NCBI RefSeq assembly: GCF_964355755.1
Contig: NC_092674.1
Location: 10,044,001 to 10,108,000, forward strand
Length of the DNA: 64,000 nt
Reading direction: 5' to 3'
Source of the DNA: Antedon mediterranea
Taxonomy: Eukaryota; Animalia; Echinodermata
The position numbers and the translations under genes were made by a program. The notes beneath the pieces are model-generated. The model was not told where the DNA came from. It worked only from the letters and a program-made list of their open reading frames with translations, and searched no databases. Shown here piece by piece: positions 35,985 to 47,309 of the stretch. How positions within the stretch are numbered: position 1 is the first letter of the stretch; each line of letters opens with the position of its first letter.

Positions 35985-36745
35985 GTGAATAATCAAATAC
36001 TGGGCAAATTTTAAAATTCTACTTTATGAATGACAAAAAAGCAAATTCGTTGTCAATCTCGGACTATTGACGTAGCATCATCTCACTTCTCAGCCACTGC
36101 TGGTCTAAATCCCAGCTCCATATCTTTGCCTCTCTCACTCAAATACAATCTGTCGTATTCCTACTTTAATGACGCCATATTAATGATTTCAACGTTTAAC
36201 CACACTTTTAAATTACTGGTGAACAAGCCGATAGTTGGCAAATTTTAAAATTTAACTTTGCATGAATAACAAAAAAGCAAATTCGTTCTCAACCTCAGGC
36301 GTTATTCCGACTATTTAAGTGGTATCATTTCATTTCTAAGTTCTCAGCCATTGGTGGTCTAAATATCAGTTCCATATATTTGCCTCTTAAATCCAATCTG
36401 TCGTATCCCTACTTTAATCACGCCATATTATTTACTTCCCACACATCGTTGAACTTTACTTTCATTTACACAAATCACATGTCCTCAATGCCAGCCTTTC
36501 GAATAAGCTGCCATAACCCTACTTACACTTACCATAACCAGGTAGTTGTATATTTTACAATTCCCATAATCATAATCTAGATTAACTCTATATTACTGGA
36601 TGAAGAATCCAATACACATTTTCGAATTCTGCATAGCATATACTTACAGAAAAGCAAATTCGTTCTGAACCTCTGGCGGGATTCCGTCGATTTGACATGG
36701 TAAGATCTCACTTTTCAACGATCGGTGGTCTCATCTCAGATCACT
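35985..36745. repeat. Degenerate ~235-bp repeats
   Basis: gcaaattttaaaa...aaaaaagcaaattcgtt...ggtctaaat...aatctgtcgtat.cctactttaat.acgccatatta at ~36000 and ~36240, partial copy at ~36650. Confidence 0.7.
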
Positions 36746-38729
36746 ATTCATCTCATTTCCCTAAATCGAACAACAGTATTATTCCCACAAACTTCACTAA
36801 TCTCAAATCCTTATACTGTATTTCTCTACCTTAATTACCACTAAGCCTACTAACTAACTTACACTCCACTTCTTCAACCAACGATGGTCTCATTTCAGTT
36901 CACTTCCATTATTAGTACCTCATCCAACTACACGAAGATCAGAAATGGCCACGTTGATACATAACTGAGCCCACAGAACATTTTCAAATAGAAAACGATG
37001 TACCCGGTAAAAAAGGTTGTCTTCTTCACTATCTTCTTTAGCATGATTTCAAAAGTTCAAATGGCCACCAGAGGTCTAAATGACGAGGATGGTACTACAG
37101 TATATCTATTTCGTCACTAATGGCATTATGTTCAACCCAAGACGATTGCAAGACCAGGCCTACTGTTGATCACACACAGGGATAACATGAACAGGTTTTG
37201 CACCAACCTCCATCATATTTAATTAGTGAGAAAGCTCGGGTTCAACTACCTGATGCACCATCTTGTCTGATGCCAAACTTGACAAAGCAATCGATTATAT
37301 ACTGGCTAAGGCAAATAACGCTGCGACAGGTTGTTTCAGAGTGTCAAAACGATAAAGACAAGCTTGTAGGCCTAAAGAGCCGTCCTGTCCACCCTCATCT
37401 ACTCTACTGTAGGCCTATGGATCAGAGGTTGCCCCATTGCCATGTAGGGCCCAACTCTGCTCTGTAAACGTAGCAAAGGCGCAGCAAATAGGCGGAGAAA
37501 GACACACTTTAAAAAGTACTAATTGCTGCAGCTATCTAGTAGTAGTATTTTTTATTTTTAATTCGTGTTAGCGCCCTCAACGTAAACAAAGTTTTTTTAA
37601 ACAGCAAACTACTGTATTTATACAGTTACGGTATTCATAACCATCAAAATAATCAGTTACTGTATGTCAAACAGAAATAATTGTGTGCAATATTAATACT
37701 GTATTCTGAAATTATTTGCCTAAATAATAAATAATTAGAAACAGTGACAACTGCTTGTTTGCCACTAAGTGTTTGGAGAAGTTTGTGGGTATGGCTACTA
37801 CAGCCTGATCACATGACTACAAGACTATTATTTGATTCGCTGAGTTTTCATGAAAACTATTTTTCCATAATGTGTTGATGTTTCAGAAAACTTGTCAATA
37901 TACTGGCAAACTTTAACTCGGACTTGCTGCTTGAGATTTGCTAGAGTAGGCTTGCTAAATGAAAAGAGTTAATTTATGTTGTTTCAGCATCATCGGTTCT
38001 GAGTGTTTCTCGTTGGACGCACTGTTTATAGAGTAAAGCTTTACAGTCTGAAGAGTGACATACAGCATTAGCCAAACTTATGACATTGCATGCTTAAAGA
38101 TGACATCTAGTTTTAACATGTATTTATAGTTTTCAACATGATAGCCATTTTTTATAGTAATAACAAAATCACTGAGACGAAAGCAAAAGGGCATACTGGT
38201 GATCAGATTACACGGTGATTAAAGAGGGTTAACCGTTATGTCGTGTGGGCATGTCTGCCACCCCCCCCCCCCCCTCCTCCCTCTGATACAGACAAAAGGA
38301 ATCAGCAGACAGCAGTGCGCGTTAATGACATGATATTTATCGTTATGACTTATGATATTAAACATATTTTATTAAACATTTAAAATATCATGTTGTCACC
38401 CTTTTGCACATGTTCTGTTTTTCGAAAATAACGTTTCAAAATGGTAAATTCCGGGGTTCCTGAAAATTACGCAATAATGTGATTCGTTTTAAAATTAACA
38501 GATTATGTTGGTATTACATTTATCCAAAAAGTATGACTAAACACATACATAGAAGAAATAAACATACTATGCAGGTTTGTTTATCTAACCATCTTCTCTT
38601 ATCAGCAGCATGTCGGCCTACCCGTTTGTTGTAACAACATTCTTATGAGGACGTTTTCTATTTTAAGAAATACAGATAATGAACATTGCTCGAATTAGCG
38701 TTTAAATAAATATGTTTGTTAATGATGTC

Positions 38730-39248
38730 CTTAGTGAGACCTACGCACGTCACGTAAGCGTGCGCCGTTTCACCTGCGTCCTGATCGATTGACGTTGAGA
38801 GGTTAAGATCGTCGCGTGTTTACTTCTTTACTTCTTGTTATTTTTAAGCCGTTGTCGTTTGAGACAGCTGTATTAACGATTTGATTTACTTCAGTCGAGT
38901 TTCCCATCTTGGATGCAAAACATTTTCTTTTCAACTTGGATGATATTATAAGAACGTTTTACCCTTTCAGACGAGATCAATATTGAGCGGAAGATTGATC
39001 AATAATTCCTCCGCAGCTATAAATGTTTCAAATTTTGAGAGGTGTCTTGGATTTATATTTAAATGCAGTTTTTTCTTTACGTAAATTGTAAATATTTCGA
39101 GCGTATACCAATTTTATCAACTGTTTGTCGTCGGAAAAATAATTCGTCAGGTTGGATTCGCGAGGTAGTTTTCGTCGTCTACTCGGAATGGGGACTGCAA
39201 AGGAGACCTCCAGAGGTGGAGGAGATGTAACTGAACCAAGAATCTCAG
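38730..39248 (+). promoter_or_regulatory. Putative CpG-rich promoter and first exon upstream of the RhoGAP exon
   Basis: CACGTCACGT and GATTGACGT motifs, local CpG enrichment, candidate donor TCAG|GTAATT at 39248/39249. Confidence 0.4.
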
Positions 39249-39369
39249 GTAATTTAACCAGATGAGAGTGCATGCTATTTTACTCTCTCAACATTCGATA
39301 AGGCCTATATTATAAATGCCTGCTACCTCAACTGTTGAATATGAAATATTTAAGAACATATTTCCATAA

Positions 39370-39482
39370 GAAAGCTTCGTTCCGACTTCGACACAACGCA
39401 AAGACGTGCGCGCACTGAACTGTCACTTGGTCAACTCGCACACTCGTTGCGTCTACGTCATTGCGTTAAAGTGGGAACAAAG
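39370..39482. mobile_element. Degenerate copy of the Tourist-like MITE
   Basis: aagcttcgttccgact...agtgggaacaaag, same TIR family as the 24774 and 26253 elements. Confidence 0.55.
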
Positions 39483-41310
39483 TAAAACCTTTGCTTTAAG
39501 CAAACATTATTTTGTACAGTATATAAAACCCTTCGTCATTTTTTAATAGGCCTATAACATACCATTGTAAATAGGCCCTATTCTTTTCATCTTTCATCAG
39601 AATAATTATTCTTATTCTGCCAAGCATACAACCAACAATAACAAAACTATACATAAGTAAGTTGGCAGGGGACGCAAAAGAGAATTAAATCACTTTACAC
39701 TATGGCTAAGAGTATGTGCTCCACTCTGCATAAAAAAAGTAGAACAACTTATAATAATAAATGGCGAGTCTTACCACGCAATGTGTTGAACAAAGAATAT
39801 TGATAATTTCCGCTTGTCATCCTTTTTTTTAAATATACAAGTGAGATATCTTATATAAATATCAAATAGACTAAATTAGTCTCATGCATGAGTTCGTGTC
39901 TGCAAAACAATAATTGAGATATCTTGTTTAAATATAAAATAGAAAATAGACTCTAATATTGCCATATCGCTGAAAAGATATTAGTTTTGTGGGGATCGTT
40001 GGCTGAACAAAAATTCTGAACTTAAACTGACAAAATGTGTACGCTACCGAAACGATGACAATTGACACTTTTGATGACTGTCTGTACTGACATTGGTGGT
40101 AGAGAAGAGGAAGGGCGTGTAAGAAAATGATTATGATGACCGCTAGTTTTAGATTTGGAACTATTGGGCCAAATGTTTAGACCCTAATGACTATAGGCAA
40201 GGACTAATGTATGTTGCTAAAATGATGATGATTATTATTATTTTATGATAACTGGATTTAGTTATAAAATGACATGGTAACGATAAGATGATTATGACGA
40301 TATGGCGGCTATTTAAAAAACAATTACTGTATTTATATTTTGATAGTGACGGAGGAAAATAAACCGTTTATTGCGATAAATTCTTTAAAAAAAAACATTT
40401 TAGCTTGGATAAACATGTTGCATGATATGCAACCTTAAAAATTGTATGTAGCGCCCTCTTTTAAGTTTCTACAAAATTCTCTGAGGTAATGAGATAAGAT
40501 TGAGCCAATATCAAATCGCTGTTTGACGCACGTCGTGCTTTATATTAAATTGTTTGTGATTACTGTATTACATTGGGAATTATTCTACTTGCTGCTACTG
40601 CGTTGGTTATTGACAGTGCTTAGTGGGTTTCTTCCCCCGGATCTTCAAACTTTCTTATTAAAGGACTGAGATTTGACCAATCAGAGTGTAGCTTGATGGT
40701 TAATGAATGAACACAGTACAATACAATGCCTTCAGCGCATGAAAATACACTTTGCATTTGAAATCGACAACACTAAAAGGAAAAACGATATATCGTATCG
40801 TACTTTTACATTGGAATAATTTGAAAGTAAATAATTATCTGGTCGTTTCTGTTCTGTTTCTGTAAATGAACGCTTTGGAGACCAACTGTGAGCCTGAGTG
40901 CGTCCAAGCAGAACCTAATCAGATGGACCTTTGGTATGAAATCGGATACGTGAGGACTAGTGTAGACCTGTTTTTGTACCCTGCATTTGCTTATCAAGAG
41001 AGCTGAGGAATAGAGTCAATAAAGTCAATAGGATCTGAAGGATGCACCGTTTTGCAGTTTAGCAATCTGTTTTCACATACTATTAAATGAATGACTTGTT
41101 AAACTGGTAGAGGTTGTTTACATCAAGTCCAAGACCAGAGATCAAGGAGTTTATTTTTCAGCTGATCTTGGTGTAACCTGGTTTACTGACAAACAAAGAT
41201 CAATCAAGCAAGCGGTATTTCAAATGAACTTGTTTTGGATTTTATGGAATATATTTAAAGAAGGATACAAACCTAAATTTGAATGTCGTAGCCATCTTTT
41301 GTTCTGAAAG

Positions 41311-42039
41311 ATGGATGTTGATACTGATAGAGAGGTTATGAACGTTTTGTCAAATTCAAGTAGTAGTGAAATGTATGGTGATGATGGTCCTGTATCAGAA
41401 AGCCATCAGAAATATCTTCTAAAAAAAGGAAGATCTTTACCAGGACACTATGATGGAAATAATACTGATGCAGGAAATAACAACACCTTATCAAACTCAA
41501 GACCTAAATCATTGAAATTAAAGGTATTGCCATTGGACAATGAAACACTGATACAAGGCCACCGGCCATTAAAAGCAGCTCAAAGTTGGGATCCAAATCT
41601 ACGACCACTTTCTGCAAAAGAGAGCTTATTTGATACCAAATTAGGAAAAGATGGCAAAAATAAACCACCACCTTTGCGTAGGGCAGCAAGGTCTTATGAC
41701 CAGTTTAGTAAATCTTCATACCAGGTTGGGAATAACTTTCCTGTCCCATCACCAGCTACTCGCCGCCGACTTACTTATTTTCAGCGATTAAAAAACAACA
41801 TGTTTTCCACAAGTCATAACAGATCCCCAACATCACCACTGCTTCAAAAGTCTATAAGTGTTGAGGAGGGAAGGTCATCCCCCTCCTATGAAGTTGAAAG
41901 AAGTTCTTCATTTACTGACACAATTTCTAATCCCCCCTCTCCTTCAGTTAACAAAGGAAACAAGTTTAACCGGAGAAAAATATGGAAGACAAAATCAAAA
42001 TTACAGCCTACACCAGCAACAGCAGTTTGGGCACCAGAG
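41311..42039 (+). CDS. ARHGAP6: First coding exon of a probable ARHGAP6/RhoGAP102A-like protein (later exons not found in window)
   Basis: 243 codons, Ser/Pro-rich, aagATGG start with an in-frame stop just upstream, strong GAG|GTAAGT donor. It ends RKIWKTKSK...AVWAPE, resembling the ARHGAP6 exon-1 end as I recall it (VVWKSE|GDFTW). The exon is secure; the gene identity is tentative. Confidence 0.6.
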
Positions 42040-45000
42040 GTAAGTGAAATATATTTTGATTCAATGATTCTTTTGAAATGTCATAATACATTGATACAAT
42101 CATATAGTTACTCCAAATATAAAAAAATGGACGATGAAAACAAATATTTTTAAGTTTAAACATATTTCCACTTTTTCTCACAACACACACACATTAGTGC
42201 ATTGATGTAACTATAACAGTGCACAGATCTAAATTAGAAAAAGAATATTTGTATGCACATGTTTCTTTTTCCATAAACAATCATTATTAACATAAAATTG
42301 TGGTATCTCAATGTGCAACAAAATTACCAGTTAGATAGGAGGTCTTTTGTGAAAGAGAATTTTCATATTACTTGTTAGCTTGTTACTCAGCATGGCTTAA
42401 TTATAGATAATTTTGTACCATAGTGAGATGTTGTATATTTCTTGAGAATTTCCAGTTTAATAGGCTTTTAATAAATAAATTCAATACTGTATTATTATGT
42501 TTCCTGAAATGGATGTATCTTTACCAAAATAAGGTACAAAAAGCATTATTTAATTCATAAATTCATGAACTTGATTAGTTTATGCTAACAAAAGTTAATT
42601 GTTATTCAGTTTGCAAAAATAATAAATCATTCTTACAAAGTCTTTTTCACTAAAAATGATTTATTAAATTGTAGCTAGTTAATAAAAAAATGTTTCATAG
42701 TTGACTTTACTGAGTTCCCTTGGCAATATTAAATTGTAGGGGAGGTATAGGGACTTGCAAGAGACAAGGGAACAGTTAGAACTGTGTAAAAATATGATTA
42801 TTTATGTATTCTAAATTGATTAAAAATATAATTGTTTTGATTTGCAATACTTTTTTTATCATAAAAAAAAATACAATTTGAAGTGAGAAAAGAATATTAA
42901 TAATAACACCTTGTATAATCATAAAATAACAAATTATAGCAACAACAAAAATTGATAAATTAAGATGCTAACATCTTACTTTATCCGTCATTATGACAGA
43001 TTTTGTTTCCAAATTTCCATAGCAACGGTTTCCGTAGACTTCCTTTACAATTAATGGATTTGAATCTTCTTAGTAGAGAATCAATTAACCTCTGCGGCAG
43101 TTAAAAACCAGCTTTTGTTTTGTTATTATTTCAAGTATAATGGCTGACTAAGATAATAACGTGATAGGCGCCAAATTCGATGAAATGATGAATAGAGCAA
43201 AATCAAAATATTGTACAAGCTGAAGATGATTTTGTATCTATTAATGTACTGAAAATATGTTTTGTATGTTTTGAACTCTCATATCTGTAATACAAAATAA
43301 ATACAAAATTCATTTCTGATTCGATTTTTGATGTTTTTAACTCCTGTTGTTGTCAAATAAGAGACATGTAGTAATTTGATAATACAAACTTATATTGTTT
43401 TATCTGATTTTTAAAAATAAATTAGTTAATACAACATTTTAATTGTTCAACATTGTTACATGTTTAAATACTGTTGCCTCCCACAAAATTACGCTAGATA
43501 CAAAATTACTTGATGCTAAAAAAAAACCTCCCCATAGATTTGATAAGTCAGGGCAACAATTTTGTTAGGCCTTTATAAACAGATGGTAGCAGAAAATGTT
43601 ATAGTGCTATCTGTCTGGTCTTTTTTGGGAGATCTAATCCTCAGACACTAGTTTTTATTGCGAGCAGATCTTTTTTGAGCATTTTGAGGAGGTCATAAGT
43701 GACCAGTCGAATATGCCTAATGTAAATGATAATTGTAACAACGTATGACAATTAATTAGCTCTTTCAAGTAATTAGCTCTTTCAAATGAAGTAATTAGCT
43801 AAAAACTACAAGGTTTGTTTCGTTTTGAATTAAAGCTCATTAAAGGGAATTTGAAAATATTGAAGGACGACAGTAATAATCAAGCTTTTAATTCCTAGGT
43901 TTTTAAAGTCAGAGCTTACATCCAGTTCTAAGTTTATGCTTAATTAGAAGTTTGGAAATTCATCAAAAAGAAAATAATGAAATATTATGCATGAAGTCTG
44001 CTTATCTGTACCAGTAGCCTTAGGATCAAACTAAGCTGAACAATAATTATTATGGTGATGAATGATGATTATACATTTTATAAATAAAATTCTAATTAAT
44101 TGGAAAAATTAATTTATAACAAACAGATTACTACTACTATTACTATCTAATTTGACATCCTCTAGATATCAACCAATTTATTCAGTTTGCTAAAAAAGTA
44201 TTTTAACAAATTTACCATGTATTATTTTATTCTTGAAAACATGACTAATTATTTATACATTTATAATATTCATAGTTCTGAACTAAATGCGCTAGGTTCT
44301 AATGTAAACAGAACTTTGAAATATGAATATATTTATACCTGCACACTATATGTATACACTTATACACTAAATATTCATTTAGTTCAGATATGAAAACTAT
44401 GCACTGTTGTAAATATGGATTATAACAAATGAATGTGTGTTCTATTTTTAATATAAAATACTAGAGTAAACTGTCTAATTATGGATAAATTGCTAGTTTA
44501 CACTCCAATAAACATATTCATGTTTAGCTGCATCTAGTTTCATAGTGCAATACAATGTATAGGAACTATTTTAGTAAAGGAAGAATACTATCTGTATATA
44601 TATGCTAAATTATGCTTAATTCCGAGAAAGACACAATGCAAAAACAGTTGTGCAGTTACATTTTAACTGAAATAAAGTAGCCTATATATAAAAAAAATAA
44701 ATATGATTCAGTTATAACAGGTAAGAGTATTCAATGAAGAAGAATCCAATTCCTTGAAATTCTGTTTAAATTATATTTTAGAACACAAAAAGCTTCCAAA
44801 TTATTTACTAATTTAAGAACAATTTGAGACAGTTTTCATTGAACTTCTTGGGAAAGGCAATAACCATCTACTCTTTATGGCCCTGGCATGACCCTGAAGA
44901 AGGCTTTTCAAACAAATCAACTTGGTAGCAAGCATTGAAAATGATGTTGTTTGAAATTAGGATTTTCTACTGCTTTTTCTTAAATTGATTCCAATCTTAC

Positions 45001-45980
45001 CCAAACATTCCAAACCTTTTATCAGTTGTTTCCAAACATTGATTTTCAGGTGTTTCACAACTAGTAGCAAATATTGAAGATTGTTGTAAAGGTTTAAACA
45101 AGATGTATTGTCCCAAAAACATGAAAAATATGGATAAATAAAATTAAGCTTTTGTCATTCTTCTTTTGCCCAAAAACATAAGATTAACATAATAAAGGAA
45201 AAATGATAGTTTTAAATAATAAATTCACTTTTGCAATTTTCCTTCCTTAAAACAAAAAATAATGATTTTAATTATAAAAGGTTATATTAAATGTTTGACA
45301 TTTTCCAAAAACGAGTTTGTTTGTAATGAGAGGTTGTACAGGCCTGTTATGGGTTTTACTTGTCAACTTTGGTAGTGAACCTGTATTCGGAATTGAATGT
45401 TGTTTAAGCTTTTTTAATTTGGATGAAGGAATATTTAAAGGCATTTATACTGATATTAGTTATCTATCTGAAACATTCTGAAACAGGAAGTTGTTGATGT
45501 TAACAACACATATGGAACCTTTTGCTTAAATCTAAAAACATGGTTATCTGTATTACTAGTTTATCAAACCATTGTTAATGGACTCCATTGGGAAATAATT
45601 TAATATAAAAAGATAAGATAACTGTATATGCTATACGAATTACAAATTATTCCTATTGCTTATCAATATACTAATGCTAACAGTGGCGGATCTAGGATCT
45701 GACGAGGGGGGGTGGCCACGAAAGTGGCAAACGAGGTGCGTATCACCGAGCGGAGGAGGGTTTCGGAGCGGGTGTGCCCCTCCTGAGGCTCCAAAAATTT
45801 TTGAAAAAATAGATGCTTAGACACTGTTTAATAGGCTAGAGAAACTGGTTCCATCACACTTAATAACAAATACTACATAATGTAAATTTAAATAAATCCT
45901 TCCTAAATACTGTACGGATCTTTTTCGACGAACTAATAATAATAAACTTTGATCGAAAAACCTTCAAACAAAATGAACAC

Positions 45981-46296
45981 GAGTGAGTGAGTGGCCGAGC
46001 GGTTAAGACAGTGGAACCGTAATCACGTAGCCATAACATCGGCAGGGGTTCGAGGCTCACTCACTCCATGGTTCTGGTGGTAGAATGAGTCTTCTCGGAT
46101 AAGGACTATAAACCGTAGGTCCAGTGTACACAACTTGCTCGTGTGCACTTTAAAGAACCTAGTACATCTTTCGAGACGAGTAGGGTGTTACCCCGGTGTA
46201 TTAGTACATCACAGCCACTGATCACCAACTGGGCCCTCTGGGAGATCAGTCTTTGACTGAAGAGGTCACCCAGTATAAAGATAAAAACAAACAAAC
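45981..46296 (+). mobile_element. tRNA-derived SINE with Deu/Nin-like core
   Basis: A box TGGCCGAGCGG, B box GGTTCGAGGCT, same core as 19120-19476, 3' stem-loop (CTGGG...CCCAG), (AAAC)n tail. Confidence 0.85.
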
Positions 46297-46299
46297 ATG

Positions 46300-46697
46300 C
46301 ACTGTGGCGACCCGCTTGGTAAAATTTGTGTCGTTAAATACCCCACTTATCCGTTACATTACTGTTATAACTTAAATAGATCAGGTATTAGGCTACGACC
46401 TCCAAGAGCAAATCTTGTTTGTAGAACTAGAAAATCCTTCGTTGTAAATAGCATTCATATTTTTAATTCTAATGTAAGACGATAATGCAATTTTTAAATA
46501 GTTTTACATTTTTAACAGTTTTTTTTTATTTTTAACTTTTTATCTTGTATTTTAATCTGTTTATAATACTGCACGTTTTAAATTGTTGCAACATTTTTTA
46601 TGTTTGTTTTTTATTGTTGTTTAATCTACCAAGCAAAGTGAATTTCCATTTTTATGGACAAATATAATTTCTTGAATCTTGAATCTTGAATCTTGCG
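46300..46697 (+). mobile_element. LINE 3' fragment with (TCTTGAA)n tail
   Basis: PTYPLHYCYNLNRSGIRLRPPRANLVCRTRKSFVVNSIHIFNSNVRR*; sister copy of 20655-21095. Confidence 0.8.
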
Positions 46698-47277
46698 GTA
46701 CTCGATAGTGCATGTGTTGTGTACCGTGTTTTGGTGGTCTGTTAACCTCAGAGATATACACCCTACAGCCGGGTGAATAACTCAATGTAATTTGGTATAC
46801 AATGATTGCGGTAATCGCCGTGTCTATAACACAAATGAAAAAACGCCAAATACGCCACATACTTTTTTTCGGTCGTCCCGTGTACATACAAGACATTTCA
46901 TGTTTATTTTATGCCTATAAAATAATAAAAGAACACCATGTTTCTCGTTTATTTTTATCGTTTATTTTTATTGTTTATACTGCATACTATAATATTATAC
47001 AAAAAAGCTTCTTGCGCGAGAAAAAAGTTCCCGATTTTACACTCTCCACTCAGGGAGGGTGTAAATATACCACGCTAACGCTTGTACACGTACACGGACC
47101 AGAGGGCGGCGGAAATTAACTGCAATGGAAAATGGTGTATTTTTGGAGAGTGATGACGTCAGTATTCACACGACGAGCGAGCTAGACAACGTGACGCTGG
47201 TAGTTTTAGGAGTGCATGTGTTTTGAAAATAACTCAGTTGTGGGTATTTTCCGAAGATTTTAAATCGCGTTTTCTTT

Positions 47278-47309
<32 letters not shown>

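Noticed and set aside
41162-41310. In-frame N-terminal extension of the RhoGAP-like exon via an acceptor at 41161
   Set aside because: An in-frame TGA at 41305-41307 precedes the ATG and nothing supports read-through.
45985-46065. tRNA genes at SINE heads (also ~19390-19476 and ~26190-26249)
   Set aside because: A and B boxes are present but there is no proper cloverleaf, and each continues into a SINE body and tail.
46225-46295. Hammerhead-like CTGAAGAG in the SINE tail
   Set aside because: There is no GAAA core or stem III; it is better explained as the SINE 3' stem-loop.
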